Shown: positions 1-12,000 of the stretch, one piece after another | How positions within the stretch are numbered: the stretch's first letter is position 1 | Layout: every line of letters starts with the position of its first letter | IMG/VR virus record: IMGVR_UViG_3300032226_000543 | Location: 1 to 50,574 of that record | Direction: 5' to 3' (one strand) | Length of the DNA stretch: 50,574 bases | From: a virus | Taxonomy: Duplodnaviria > Caudoviricetes | Made by a program: the position numbers and the translations under genes | Notes under the pieces: model-generated | Seen by the model: only the letters and a program-made list of their open reading frames with translations | Told to the model about the DNA's origin: nothing | The model's database searches: none

Positions 1-1
1 A

Positions 2-361
2 GGCGGACTGTATAACTTTCCACCTAATGAACCAATCAATCCCTATAGCGGAATTTACAAAGTGCTCTACTGTAACAGTAAATTTAGCGATGGAAAATTT
101 ACGCAATCAATAGAAGCTACTCGCATGCCTAATCAGCCACAGGACTACGATCCTTATAAAGGACCAAGCAAACAGATATTTGCAGCTGATATCAGTAAAC
201 AAGACAGGCCGTCTATTGGTGTTAATGATGATGCTCCTGAGATTATTAGCGTAAATGCAGACGGATATTCGATTGGCATCGATGTACTAGACGAAACAGG
301 CGCAGTAAGCGGTTTAAAACGCAATCCCGAAACGGGCGAACTATATGACCCAGGAATATAA
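2..361 (+). CDS. C-terminal part of a probable baseplate hub (gp27-like) protein, truncated at the window start
   Basis: The frame is open from position 2 (GGLYNFPPNEPINPYSGIYKVLYCNSKFSDGKFTQSIEATR), so the ORF-track start at 62 is internal. The SGxYxV...S.F..GxFTQ...R pattern resembles the C-terminus of hub proteins, and the gene lies directly before the gp5-like spike. Confidence 0.55.
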   Translation, partial: GGLYNFPPNEPINPYSGIYKVLYCNSKFSDGKFTQSIEATRMPNQPQDYDPYKGPSKQIFAADISKQDRPSIGVNDDAPEIISVNADGYSIGIDVLDETGAVSGLKRNPETGELYDPGI

Positions 362-2122
362 ATGGCACAAGTAAAAAGAGAATCAGCAGATAAACCAAGT
401 AATATTTCAGGAGGTCCTTATCTTGCGAAAATTATCAGCCATCTAGATCCTACCTTTATGGGAGGCCTAGAAGTTACGCTGTTAAGACCAGACGGTAATA
501 GCATTGGTGAAGGTGGCCAAACTTATCCAGTAAGATATGCTAGCCCATTTGCCGGTCAAACAGCATTTGAGTTCCAAGGAGCCAATGTAGACGATTTTAA
601 CGACACACAAAAAAGTTACGGTTTTTGGTTTGTACCACCTGATGTAGGAAATACAGTAGTGGTATTTTTTATTGAGGGAGATCCTAGTCAAGGATACTGG
701 ATGGGCTGTGTTCCTGATAAATTTTCAAATCATATGGTCCCGGGCATTGCAGCCAGTAGAGCTGTGGCCTTTGCTGAAGGCCAAGAAGAAAAATACGATA
801 CTGGGTTTGTACCAGTAGCCGAGGCAAATCGTCGTGCAAGCACTTTAGAAGAAGGCACCGAAGTTGATAAAGTCAAACGAGCAGTACATCCTATTGCAGA
901 CCACTTCTTAGAAGAAGGTTTATTAGAAGATGATGTTAGAGGTGTGACATATTCTACTAGTCGCAGAAATGTGCCTAGCAGTGTGTACGGCATTTCAACA
1001 CCGGGACCATTAGATCGTAGAGACGGTGCAAAGAAATCATTTATCGGTAAGTCAGACAGCCAAAGTCCATTGCCTGTGCCTGTAAGTAGATTGGGTGGCA
1101 GTCAATTTGTTATGGATGACGGTGATGATCGTTATCAGCGTAGGACCAATGCTAGTGAAGGCGGATATGATTATGCCGACACACTTGACGGTGATGCTGG
1201 AGAACCAACAATACCATCGGACGAATATATTAGGCTTCGTACAAGAACAGGCCACCAGCTGTTGTTGCATACTAGTGAAGATTTAATTTACATTGGTAAC
1301 AGTCGAGGCACTAGTTGGATTGAAATGACCAGCGATGGCAAGATTGATATTTTTGCAGAAGACAGTGTTAGCATACACACAAAACAAGATTTTAATTTTT
1401 ATGCTGATAGAGATTTTAACTTTGAAGCCGGTAGAAATATCAATATGAAAGCATCTGGAGTACACGAAACAGGCGGCGGAAATTTTCGTGTAGATACAGA
1501 AGCCAACACTAGATTTTTTGTCAAAGGCGATACAAAAATTACCACAGAAGGCGAAGTACATGTTGCTACATTAAAAGATAATCATATAACTTCTGTAATG
1601 AATAATAACTTTAAAAGTATTTTAAGTACCTATATTCAGTCTAGCTTAGACACTCACATGAAAGCTGGAACTAGCATTAATATTCAATCTGGTACAGGTA
1701 TGGACATCAAAGTTGGCGGTGATATGAAAATGACATCTGCTGGTGACGCTAGTTTAGGTGGAGCAAATATCACAATGTCTGGCGGAGCAATTAATCTTAA
1801 TGGCCCTGCAGCACCTGACGCAGCAGATGCTACTAAATCAACAGCAGCTACTCCTACCTTAGCACTTGGCGTTAATGGGAATATTGTAATTAATCCAGCA
1901 GCAGCTGAATGGGTGGGTGCAAGATATAACACAGAAACTCCGTTAGAAAGTATCATGTTTAGAATACCCATGCATGAGCCTTGGCCTAGTCACGAAAATC
2001 TAGATCCTCTATCGGTCAAACCTGAACTTACCGATAGAGAACAAGCTGGCGGCGGCGAAGATGGAGCAGCAGCAGGCGGCGACGAAGGCGGCGGAGAAGA
2101 CGCTCCGCCAGAGGAGTTATAA
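362..2122 (+). CDS. Baseplate central spike, gp5/VgrG-like (N-terminal OB-fold, C-terminal beta-helix, no lysozyme domain seen)
   Basis: OB-fold signature YGFWFVPPDVGNTVVVFFIEGDPSQGYWMGC; IRLRTRTGHQLLL and SWIEMTSDGKIDIFA motifs; short beta-strand repeats ending SGGAINLNG; followed by a gp25-like gene. Confidence 0.85.
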   Translation: MAQVKRESADKPSNISGGPYLAKIISHLDPTFMGGLEVTLLRPDGNSIGEGGQTYPVRYASPFAGQTAFEFQGANVDDFNDTQKSYGFWFVPPDVGNTVVVFFIEGDPSQGYWMGCVPDKFSNHMVPGIAASRAVAFAEGQEEKYDTGFVPVAEANRRASTLEEGTEVDKVKRAVHPIADHFLEEGLLEDDVRGVTYSTSRRNVPSSVYGISTPGPLDRRDGAKKSFIGKSDSQSPLPVPVSRLGGSQFVMDDGDDRYQRRTNASEGGYDYADTLDGDAGEPTIPSDEYIRLRTRTGHQLLLHTSEDLIYIGNSRGTSWIEMTSDGKIDIFAEDSVSIHTKQDFNFYADRDFNFEAGRNINMKASGVHETGGGNFRVDTEANTRFFVKGDTKITTEGEVHVATLKDNHITSVMNNNFKSILSTYIQSSLDTHMKAGTSINIQSGTGMDIKVGGDMKMTSAGDASLGGANITMSGGAINLNGPAAPDAADATKSTAATPTLALGVNGNIVINPAAAEWVGARYNTETPLESIMFRIPMHEPWPSHENLDPLSVKPELTDREQAGGGEDGAAAGGDEGGGEDAPPEEL

Positions 2123-2125
2123 AAT

Positions 2126-2560
2126 ATGGCAAAACTATACAATCAACAATCAGTAGCAACTAACAAAGCCACTACAGCACAGACTAGTTCTAGTTTTAGA
2201 TACAAAGGGTTTAGTTCTAACGAAATAAAAAACAATTTTAAACTCTATGATATTGAATTAGTCAAGCGAGATCTAATGAATCACTTCTACATTCGTAAAG
2301 GTGAGAAATTAGAAAATCCTAACTTTGGTACAATTATTTGGGACATGCTGTTTGAAAATTTTACCTCAGAAGTTCGTAGATTAATCACAGAAGATGTTGA
2401 ACAAATTATCAACTACGATCCAAGAGTTAAAGTTAATGCTCTAACAATTGACAGTACAGACCAGGGTATTAGAATACAAGCAGATGTTGTTTACCTGCCG
2501 TTTAATGTCAACGAGCGCATGACTTTTGACTTTGACAAGACAAACAATATAGTAAACTGA
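2126..2560 (+). CDS. Baseplate wedge subunit, gp25/gpW-like
   Basis: DIELVKRDLMNHFYIRKGEKLENPNFGTIIWDMLFE...INYDPRV matches the GPW/gp25 pattern; size of 144 aa and position both fit. Confidence 0.9.
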   Translation: MAKLYNQQSVATNKATTAQTSSSFRYKGFSSNEIKNNFKLYDIELVKRDLMNHFYIRKGEKLENPNFGTIIWDMLFENFTSEVRRLITEDVEQIINYDPRVKVNALTIDSTDQGIRIQADVVYLPFNVNERMTFDFDKTNNIVN

Positions 2561-2574
2561 CCAGTTTATTTTTT
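2551..2574 (+). terminator. Possible intrinsic terminator after the gp25-like gene
   Basis: TAAACTG (2553-2559) and CAGTTTA (2562-2568) form an inverted repeat followed by a T-run; the stem is AT-rich and weak. Confidence 0.4.
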
Positions 2575-2576
2575 AG

Positions 2577-2584
2577 GGTAAATA
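2577..2584 (+). promoter_or_regulatory. Putative late promoter (TAAATA core, T4 gp55-type TATAAATA variant)
   Basis: GGTAAATA in the intergenic gap, 21 nt before the ATG at 2606; the same core recurs at other gene boundaries. Confidence 0.5.
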
Positions 2585-2605
2585 TGTGATAGGGCAAGAA
2601 AAACA

Positions 2606-5600
2606 ATGACTACGACTACAAGACAAACGAATTTAATATTAAATCAGGATTGGACAAGGATCTATCAAACCTTTAAAAATGCTGATTTCAAAAGCTACGA
2701 CTTTGAAAATCTACGCCGCGTTATTATCACATATTTGCGTGAAAACTACCCGGAAGATTTCAACGACTACATCGAAAGTTCAGAATATCTAGCACTAATT
2801 GATGCTGTAGCTTTTCTTGGACAAAGCCTAGCATTTCGTATCGACCTTGCCAGCAGAGAAAACTTTATTGAATTAGCGTCTCGTAGAGAAAGCGTCCTTC
2901 GTATAGCTCGTATGTTGAGTTATAATGCGAAGAGGAATATTGCCAGCAAAGGTCTTTTGAAGTTTGACACCGTTAGCACCACTGAAAACATCCTTGACGC
3001 CAACGGAAAAAATCTTGCTCGCCAAATCATTCAGTGGAACGATTCAACTAATTCCAACTGGAGAGAGCAATTCAACGCTATACTAAATGCTGCCATGGCA
3101 GACAATACTGAAATTGGTCGCAGTCAAGGAACTGCTACAATTCAAGGTATTCCTACAGAGCAGTACAGATTTAGAACGGCCAGTAGAGATGTTCCTATTT
3201 TTAGTTTTAACAAGAATGTTGCAGGCCGTGCCATGCCCTTTGAAATGGTAAGCACCGCATTTAAAGGTAGTGAAGAAATCTACGAGGAACCACCCGTCCC
3301 CGGCAATCAAATAGGTTTCATTTATAAGTCAGACGGCAAAGGTGCTGCAAGTACTAATACTGGATTTTTCTTGATGTTTAAACAAGGAAGTCTAGAGCTT
3401 GCTGATTTTTCAATTGCAGTCCCAACCACAAACGAAAAAGTAGCAGTAGATGCCGACAACATCAATAACAGTGATGTATGGCTATTTCAATTAGCAGCTA
3501 ATGGCGCCCAGCTAGATTCGTGGACACAGGTATCTAATCTTGTAGGCAACAATATTGCCTATAACAGCATTGAAAAAGATATTAGAAATATCTATTCCGT
3601 GTCTACAAAGAATTCAGATAGAATTGATCTAATATTTGCTGACGGCGTCTATGGAAATCTACCGCAAGGTCCTTTTAGAGTTTACTATCGTGTAAGCAAT
3701 GGATTATCATACAGTATACTTCCTAATGAAATGCGAGGCATTAACATTGAAGTACCTTATGTAAACAAGGCCGGCCAAGGTCATGTTCTTAAAATCAGCA
3801 TGAGTTTAAAATACACAGTGAGCAACAGTGTTCCTGCGGAATCTGTAGAAAGTATTAGAACAAAGGCACCGGCACAATATTACACTCAGAATAGAATGAT
3901 CACCGCAGAAGACTATAATCTTGCACCGCTAGCCAGTAGTCAAGATATTTTAAAAGTCAAAGCTATCAACAGAACATCCAGTGGTGTTAGCCGTAATTTT
4001 GATATTATCGACGCCAGCGGAAAATATTCCAGTGTCAATGTCTTTGCTGATGACGGATTAATTTACAAACAAGAAAGCGAAAAAAGTCTAGCATTTAAAA
4101 CTGTTAGCAGAATTGACACAGTTAATTTTGTAAGACAGAGCATTGAGCCTTTGTTTACAAATACAGGAGTTTACAATTTTTATTTTACAAAATATGATAA
4201 AATTTTGTTTACTGATACAAATACACAATGGACTCAAATTACTTCAGATGTTAATGAAAGCACAGGATATTTTATTAATTCAGTTGACCTCACATTACAA
4301 AAAGTAAGTTCTTACACAACTAATACTTTGAAGTATGTTACCGCAGGAGCCATGATCAAATTTGTTCCCCCTTCTGGAAAGAGCTTTAAAAGAGGTGAAT
4401 TAGTAGTAACTGACGCCAACGATTTAGACCAAACAGATAGACTATGGACCAAAGTTATTCGAGTGGTGGGCGACGGAACCAACGCAGGTCGCGGCACACT
4501 AAGCACAGGTAAAGGTCCAGTGATATTTAATGATACTGTTCCTACAGGAGCAATTGCTCGTCAGATTATTCCAAAATTTGTAAACAATTTGCCCGACGCC
4601 TTAGAAACACAAATTGTAAACTTGTGTGCAGAAAATAAAAACTTTGGTCTGAGGTTTGATGTTGCTACATCATCGTGGAAAATTATCACAGCTCCTAACA
4701 TTGATTTAATCAATGCATTTGCACTAGGCAAGGCAGGAGACATTACAAACAACAATCTTGACACCAGTTGGATTATTGCTTTTATTAAAGAAGCAGACGA
4801 GTATCAGATTCGTGTTAGAACTTTAAATTACATATTTGGTAGTCTTGAACAAAACAGATTTTATTTTGATGTCAACCAAAAAATCTACGACGGAAGAACC
4901 GGTAAAACAATTAAAGATCAAGTAAGAGTACTAGGCATTAATACTTTACCAGAACCGTCAGTCCCTTTACCATTAAAACAAGACTTCGTATTTGAAGTTG
5001 ACGACTCTATCAAGTTTGAAGACGGCTATCAAAGCTCGGAAGAAATTCAAGTGGCATTTAGCGACAGCGACGATGATGGCGTTATAGATAATGCCGATGC
5101 ATTTGAACAAATAGTTGGCCTTGACCAAAATCGTTTAAACTTTTTATTCTTTACAGAAACTGTGGATGTCTTTGGAAATATAATTTACACTTATTTTGAT
5201 AATAGCACAGATTTAATACTCGTAGAATCAAGTGAAGATCAAATCAATGTTAACGAATACAATGACGGTCAATTGATATATTTTTATGACAGCGCAGAAG
5301 ATCGTGTTAAGCGTGTAGATTTAGCATCAAACAGTTTAATTCTAGAATCAGGGTATAGAGCAAATATTGGACGATCTGGATTGAAATTTCAGTATGTTCA
5401 CAATGCCAATGTTGATCGTAGAATTGATCCTAGCGTCAGCAATATTATTGATGTTTATCTACTAACACGAAGTTATGATACAGAATTTAGAAAATATCTC
5501 GGCGGCGGATTAACAACTAAACCAGATGCACCCAACAGTGACAGTCTGCGAATTAGCTTTGGATCAAGCCTTGGAGAAATAAAATCTATCAGTGACGAAG

Positions 5601-6025
5601 TAATATACCATCCGGTAAATTACAAAGTATTATTTGGCTCAACAGCTGATTATTCTTTGCAGGCACAATTTAAGATTGTTAAAAATCCAAATAAAACTAT
5701 CAATGATAATGATCTTAAAGTTAGAATTATTTCAGCCATCAACGATTTCTTTGATGTGGCCAACTGGGACTTTGGAGATAGGTTTTATCTTGGAGAATTG
5801 ATCACATACATCACTAATGCAGTCACTCCAGATTTAAGTAACTTGGTAATTGTGCCAAGACAGCCAACGCAAAGTTTTGGTAGTTTATTTGAAATTCAAA
5901 GTGCTAACGACGAAATTTTTGTCAGTGGTGCCACAGTAGACGACATTGTTATTGTAACAGCAATCACTGCTAGCGAAATTCGTGTAGATGCTTCGGCAGT
6001 TATATCATCAACTAATTTAGGGTAA
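2606..6025 (+). CDS. Baseplate wedge protein, gp6-like
   Basis: N-terminal DFKSYDFENLR...YPEDFNDYIESSEYLALID...ENFIELASRRESVLRIARMLSYNAKR, central IFADGVYGNLP and ESVESIRTKAPAQYYTQNRMITAEDY are gp6/baseplate-J motifs. Confidence 0.88.
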   Translation: MTTTTRQTNLILNQDWTRIYQTFKNADFKSYDFENLRRVIITYLRENYPEDFNDYIESSEYLALIDAVAFLGQSLAFRIDLASRENFIELASRRESVLRIARMLSYNAKRNIASKGLLKFDTVSTTENILDANGKNLARQIIQWNDSTNSNWREQFNAILNAAMADNTEIGRSQGTATIQGIPTEQYRFRTASRDVPIFSFNKNVAGRAMPFEMVSTAFKGSEEIYEEPPVPGNQIGFIYKSDGKGAASTNTGFFLMFKQGSLELADFSIAVPTTNEKVAVDADNINNSDVWLFQLAANGAQLDSWTQVSNLVGNNIAYNSIEKDIRNIYSVSTKNSDRIDLIFADGVYGNLPQGPFRVYYRVSNGLSYSILPNEMRGINIEVPYVNKAGQGHVLKISMSLKYTVSNSVPAESVESIRTKAPAQYYTQNRMITAEDYNLAPLASSQDILKVKAINRTSSGVSRNFDIIDASGKYSSVNVFADDGLIYKQESEKSLAFKTVSRIDTVNFVRQSIEPLFTNTGVYNFYFTKYDKILFTDTNTQWTQITSDVNESTGYFINSVDLTLQKVSSYTTNTLKYVTAGAMIKFVPPSGKSFKRGELVVTDANDLDQTDRLWTKVIRVVGDGTNAGRGTLSTGKGPVIFNDTVPTGAIARQIIPKFVNNLPDALETQIVNLCAENKNFGLRFDVATSSWKIITAPNIDLINAFALGKAGDITNNNLDTSWIIAFIKEADEYQIRVRTLNYIFGSLEQNRFYFDVNQKIYDGRTGKTIKDQVRVLGINTLPEPSVPLPLKQDFVFEVDDSIKFEDGYQSSEEIQVAFSDSDDDGVIDNADAFEQIVGLDQNRLNFLFFTETVDVFGNIIYTYFDNSTDLILVESSEDQINVNEYNDGQLIYFYDSAEDRVKRVDLASNSLILESGYRANIGRSGLKFQYVHNANVDRRIDPSVSNIIDVYLLTRSYDTEFRKYLGGGLTTKPDAPNSDSLRISFGSSLGEIKSISDEVIYHPVNYKVLFGSTADYSLQAQFKIVKNPNKTINDNDLKVRIISAINDFFDVANWDFGDRFYLGELITYITNAVTPDLSNLVIVPRQPTQSFGSLFEIQSANDEIFVSGATVDDIVIVTAITASEIRVDASAVISSTNLG

Positions 6026-6034
6026 TTGTAGAAT

Positions 6035-9000
6035 ATGGCAAATGAAATTTTCCCAGAAAGTGGGTTACCAATTCGCAGGACAGTAGATTTACTTCCTCAG
6101 GTTTTTAAGACTGAAACAAACAGTAAATTTATGGCCGGAGTTATTGATCCTCTGGTGCAGCCGGGTGTTCTACAAAAGACTGTGGGATATATTGGCCGTA
6201 GATACGGTAAAACTTATAAAGGTTCTGACATTTATCTTGACAGCGATAACACACTACGCAGTAGATATCAATTAGAACCGGGCGTGGTGCTATCCGATGA
6301 TCAAGGCAATATTGAAAATTTTTACGACTATATCGATTTTAAAAATCAATTAAGATTTTTCAATAACTTTAACGAGCGCGACGATTTAATTACCAGCCAA
6401 GATCATTATAGCTGGGCTCCTCCTATTGAGTGGGACAAGTTTGTAAACTTCCGTGAATATTATTGGGTTCCTAGCGGCCCACCAAGTGTTAAAGTTCTTG
6501 GCCAAGGAGATGCAATTACCAGTACCTATCGAGTTCGGCAAGGTACAACTTCCACATGGATTTTTTATCCAGACGGTGCAACTAATAATCCTACACTGAC
6601 CTTATACAGAGGTCAAACTTATAATTTTGCAGTTAACAGTCCTAGAGAAGGATTTTATATTCGTACAGCCTTTGATACTGGCAGCTTAAAGTATAATCCT
6701 TTTCTTCCATATATTCCTAATCAATTAGCAGTCTATGACGGCAAATTATGGAGAGCATTAACTTTTGTTACTGCCAGTGTTGATGGCACAATTGTTGAAG
6801 GACCAGAATGGGAACTTGTAGATGAAAATGTACAAACATCTAAGTTTGACTATTTTAGTGGAGTAACAAATAATGGTGCTACCAACGGTACAGTTACTTT
6901 TGAAGTTCCTCACGATGCGCCAGATATTCTTTACTATCAAAGTGCAATTAATCCTGATAGATTTGGTCGATTCCTGATCCAGGACATTGAAGAAAATACC
7001 AGTATCAACATCGATAAAGAAATTCTAGGCAAGCAGACATATACCAGTAGTAATGGAATAGAATTTACCAACGGGCTAGTTGTGAGATTTGGCGGTAAAG
7101 TTACTCCTGCAAAATATAAAAAAGACAATTGGTTGGTAGAGAAAGTTGGCAGAGAAATAACACTAATTAAGTTTTCTGATTTAGAAGTTCCAATTATCAC
7201 CAGCCAAATTCCTGAAGTAATTTTTGATAACACAGGATTTGATACAGAGCCCTTTGATGATGCAACTTCATATCCCGGAGAAAAAGATTATATTGCAATC
7301 TGCAGATCTAGTATTGATTTTAATCCATGGAGTCGATATAATCGTTGGTTTCATAAATCAACACTAGAACAAGCACACAAACTTAATGGTACAGATTTTG
7401 AAGCAGGCGATAATTTTAGAGCCAAGCGTCCTATTATTGAATTTAGATCAAATCTTCAATTGTTCAATCACGGTAGTGTTGCAAAAACTCCTGTAGATTT
7501 TATTGATACATTTACAACTGATATATTTTCCACAATTGAAGGTAGTCAAGGATATAGTGTTGACGGCGAATTTTTATATCAAGGCGCACGAATTTTATTT
7601 GTTGCAGATACTGATCAATTAGCCAACAACAAAATTTATCAAGTTAATTTTATTACTCATAATAATGTTAGACAAATTACACTTAAAGCAACTAGCGATT
7701 CGGATCCTATACTAGGCGAAGGAGTATTAGTAAGAAGTGGTAATGTTAACAAAGGATTAATGTATCATTTCAACGGTGTTAATTGGATACCTAGCCAAGA
7801 AAAAACCAAGGCTAATCAACTACCATTGTTTGATCTATTTGACAACAACGGTATCAGTTTTTCAGATGCAACAACTTATCCTTCGTCAACATTTACTGGA
7901 TCTCCTATTCTAAGCTATAAAGTAGGCAACAGTGTTGCTGACAGTGAATTAGGATTTAGTCTTGACTATTTGAACATTGACAATGTTGGAGATATTTTAT
8001 TCACATATAATCTTGACCTTGACAGTTTTTCTTATTCTGTTAATCAAGAGACACTGACAAAGAATTTAAATACTGGCTTTTACAGATTCAATCCCTTAGA
8101 TGAATTTGCCAACGGCTGGGTTAAATCAGACAGCAATTATCAACAACCAATTTTAGACAGTGTGGTTGTTACTGAAGCAACAAATCAAATTACATTAGCA
8201 ACAGTTAATTGGGAAGCTTTTAGCAGCCGTCAGTCAACTGTAATTTTCTATCTAAACGGTCAAAGACATCTAGACAGTTATACTAGAGAATACGGAACAT
8301 TTACATTTGCCAACGCATTTGCAGTAAATGATGTGGTATCTATCAAGATCTATATTGACATTGACCCAGACCAAGGATATTATCAAATTCCACACGGATT
8401 AGAAAAGAATCCATTAAACGACAATTTAACAGCTTTCACTCTAGGGCAAGCAATTGACCATTTGTCGTCGGCTATGGAAATTGAAACAGAATTTTCAGGG
8501 GTGTATCCAGGCAACAGCAATTTGAGAAACATTGACGGTTATCAACCCCGTTGTATGCGTTTCCTAAAACATTCTGGTATTGCACCAATGGCAGTATCTT
8601 TGCTCTGCGATAAGAATATTAACATTATAAAGTCTATCCAACATTCGTTAAGAGCCTACAGTAATTTTAAGAATGAATTCTTAAAAAGAATTGCAGAAGT
8701 TATGCCGTTAGATAATGTAGTTGATTTTGTCGACGAAGTCATAGCCGCAATGACCATAACAAAAGATTCATCAGATCCGTTCGCAGACAGTGACATGATC
8801 GGAAACGGTGCTCATGCTGACATTGTGTATCTAGTTGAAGACGAAGGAATAAAAGTATTTGCACTAAGTCAAACTTTTAATCTCACAGAACTTAGTCGTC
8901 GTGCAGTCTATGTTTACTGCAACGGTGAGCAATTAATTCACGGAACAGATTATGTATTTGATAGTACATTTGGATTTGTTAGACTTTCCCTAACATTAGC

Positions 9001-12000
9001 TGAAGGTGATCAAATTGTTATTAGAGAATATGCATCAACAGCGTTCAACTATATTCCGGCAACTCCTACTAAACTAGGTCTGTACAAAAAGTACCTGCCA
9101 AGAATTTATCTTGATGACACATTTGTAGCTCCTCGCTTGGTGATCCAAGGACACGATGGTAGTATTACCGCCGCCTATGATGATTACAGAGATGATGCAA
9201 TTTTAGAATTAGAATTAAGAATTTACAACAACATCAAACAAGAATACAACGAAAATATTTTTAACATTGACACAGTATTCGGTGGCTACTACGGAAATGC
9301 CTTATATACGAAACCAGAATTAGATGCCATAGTCATGCAGGATTTCTTGCGTTGGGTATCTAACACTGATATTGATTACACTAATAATGATCAATATTTT
9401 GACACACAAAATAGTTTTACTTATACTTACAGCAACATGACAGATCCTACTAGACTGCAAAGTTTACCAGGATATTGGAGAGGAGTATATCGATGGTTCT
9501 ATGACACAGATCGTCCACACATTTGCCCTTGGGAAATTTTAGGCTTTAGTGAAAAACCGACATGGTGGGAAAGTGAATATGGTCCTGCACCTTACACTAG
9601 AGGCAACTTAATTCTTTGGGAAGATATCCGTGACGGTGTTATCCGCCAAGGTTCTCGTGCCGGCACTTATGCTCGTTATGCAAGACCTAGTATTTTAAAT
9701 CATATTCCTACAGACGGCGACGGACGATTATTAAGTCCGCTCGATTCAGGACTTGCCAACGATTTTACACTAATTAATAATCAAGGTGATTATAGACCAG
9801 GCGATATTAGCCCAGCAGAAGCTGCATGGAGATCTAGCAGCGAATGGCCGTTTTCTGTAATTTCAGCATTGTGCCTGTTAAAACCATTTGAATTTATAAC
9901 AGATAGTTTTGATAGATCCAGAATGGCAGTGAATCAACTTGGGCAAACAGTATCAGCTAGGTCCAGCGTATTTTCAAAGATTTCAGATTTATTAGTTCCT
10001 GTAGTAGGCGGTACACAACTTTCAGGATTGGTAACTTTTGTTTCCAGCTATGTCCGAAGTAAAAATCTAGATCCGCAAGTGCTATTAACAAGATTGAATA
10101 ATCTAGATATTAAAATTTCTACAAGGATGTCCGGATTCGTTGATCAAACAGAACAGAAATATCTGCTAGATAGTAAAAATCCAAGTGCAACATCCAGCAG
10201 TATCTATGTACCAAATGAAAACTACGATGTAATTTTTAATGTAGGTGTTCCAATGATAGGTATTGCCTATAGTGGAGTGTTGATTGAAAAATTAGCCGAA
10301 GGCTGGAAAATCAAGGGCTACGACAATCAACAGCCTTACTTTAATTATTTTAAACCTATTGCCAGCAGCAGCGATCCTCTTACATCTGTTGGAGGTACCA
10401 GTGTATCTTTCCTAGATTGGGCTGCTGACAAAGTTTACAGTAACGGTGATGTTGTAAGAACTCAAAATACATTTTATCGTGCATTAAAGTCTCATACCAG
10501 CACCGGAGTATTTGATAAAAGTCTTTGGAAAATTTTACCTAAGTTACCGGTAGTAGGTGGAGTCGAAGCCTACTTTAGAAAAACATTCAATCAACTGGCG
10601 CCAGTCCAGCTGTACTATGGCACAGTCATTACCAAGATTCAAGGTGTAGTAGACTTCTTGTTAGGCTATCAGGCCTATCTAAAAACACAAGGATTTAGCT
10701 TTGATCGATATGATGCTGAAAACCAAGTGGCCTACAACTGGGGAACCAGCTGTAAAGAATTTCTATTCTGGACCAAGCACAACTGGGCTGTAGGATCTCT
10801 ATTAACTCTAAGCCCCAGTGCAGGCCAAGTTGAAATGAAGATTCCACTAGGTGTTGCCGACAGTCTCTTTGACAGTTTCTACGATTATCAAATTTTCAAA
10901 AGCGACGGAACACCACTGTTGCCAATATTCCTAAATGTTAACAGAGACTTTCAGTCTGTAACAGTTAGCACAGTCAACACCAACGAAGGCATTTATTTTA
11001 TTAAGGTCTACTTTGTTCTCAAGGAACACGTTACCGTATTTGATGACCGTACTGTTTTTAATGATGTCATCTATGACAAGACCACCGGCTATCGTCAAGA
11101 GCGTATCAAGAGTCGCGGATTCCGAACTGTTGATTGGGACGGCGATTACACCAGCCCTGGCTTCTTGTTTGATAATGTAAACATTCAACAGTGGAGTCCT
11201 TACACTGATTACAGATTAGGAGACATTGTTTCCTACAAGTCTTACAACTGGGTTAGCAAACAAAATGTTCAAGGCACTGAGTTATTTGACACAACAATCT
11301 GGGAAAAATTAGACACCACTCCAACCAAGGGACTGGTTGCAAACTTTGATTATAGAATCAATCAATTTGAAGACTATTATGATGTTGATGCCGACGGACT
11401 AGGCAGTAGTCAGCGTGACCTAAGCCGCCATGTTATTGGATACCAAACACGAGAATATTTACAGAACATGGCCGAAGATGCAGTTAGTCAATTTAAATTG
11501 TATCAAGGATTTATTCGTGAAAAAGGCACAGCCAATGCTATCACTAAGGTATTTGACAAACTAAGCAGAACAAATACCGGCAGCATTGAACTCAACGAAG
11601 AATGGGCGTTCCGTGTAGGTCGCCTAGGTGGAACTGAACAGTTTAATGAAACTGAATTTAGAATCTTAAAAAATGATTTTAAAATTAATCCACAGCCCGT
11701 AATTATTGCTCCTACGGAATCTAATGCAGATCTTTTAGACTTGTATATGCGTGTGCCTGAAAAGAATTTTACAATTGCGCCAAGGCCTTTTACAGCCAAT
11801 GTCAATCCTGTTAAGAAATATAAACTAACTCCAAGAACAGCAGGATATGTAAATTCTTTTGATATTGATTTTGCTGTTAAAAACTATGATGATATCCTAG
11901 CGTTAAACATTGCAGATTTTGTAGAAAATTCACATGTGTGGATTACATTCTATAACACATCTTGGACTGTGTTACGATACAATATTTCTAGATTACTATT

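Noticed and set aside
362-6025. Bacterial T6SS or extracellular contractile injection system
   Set aside because: VgrG-, gp25- and gp6-like genes are shared with such systems, but no membrane complex or ATPase genes are seen, and the giant wedge, multiple fibres, T4-type late motifs and dense small ORFs point to a lytic phage.
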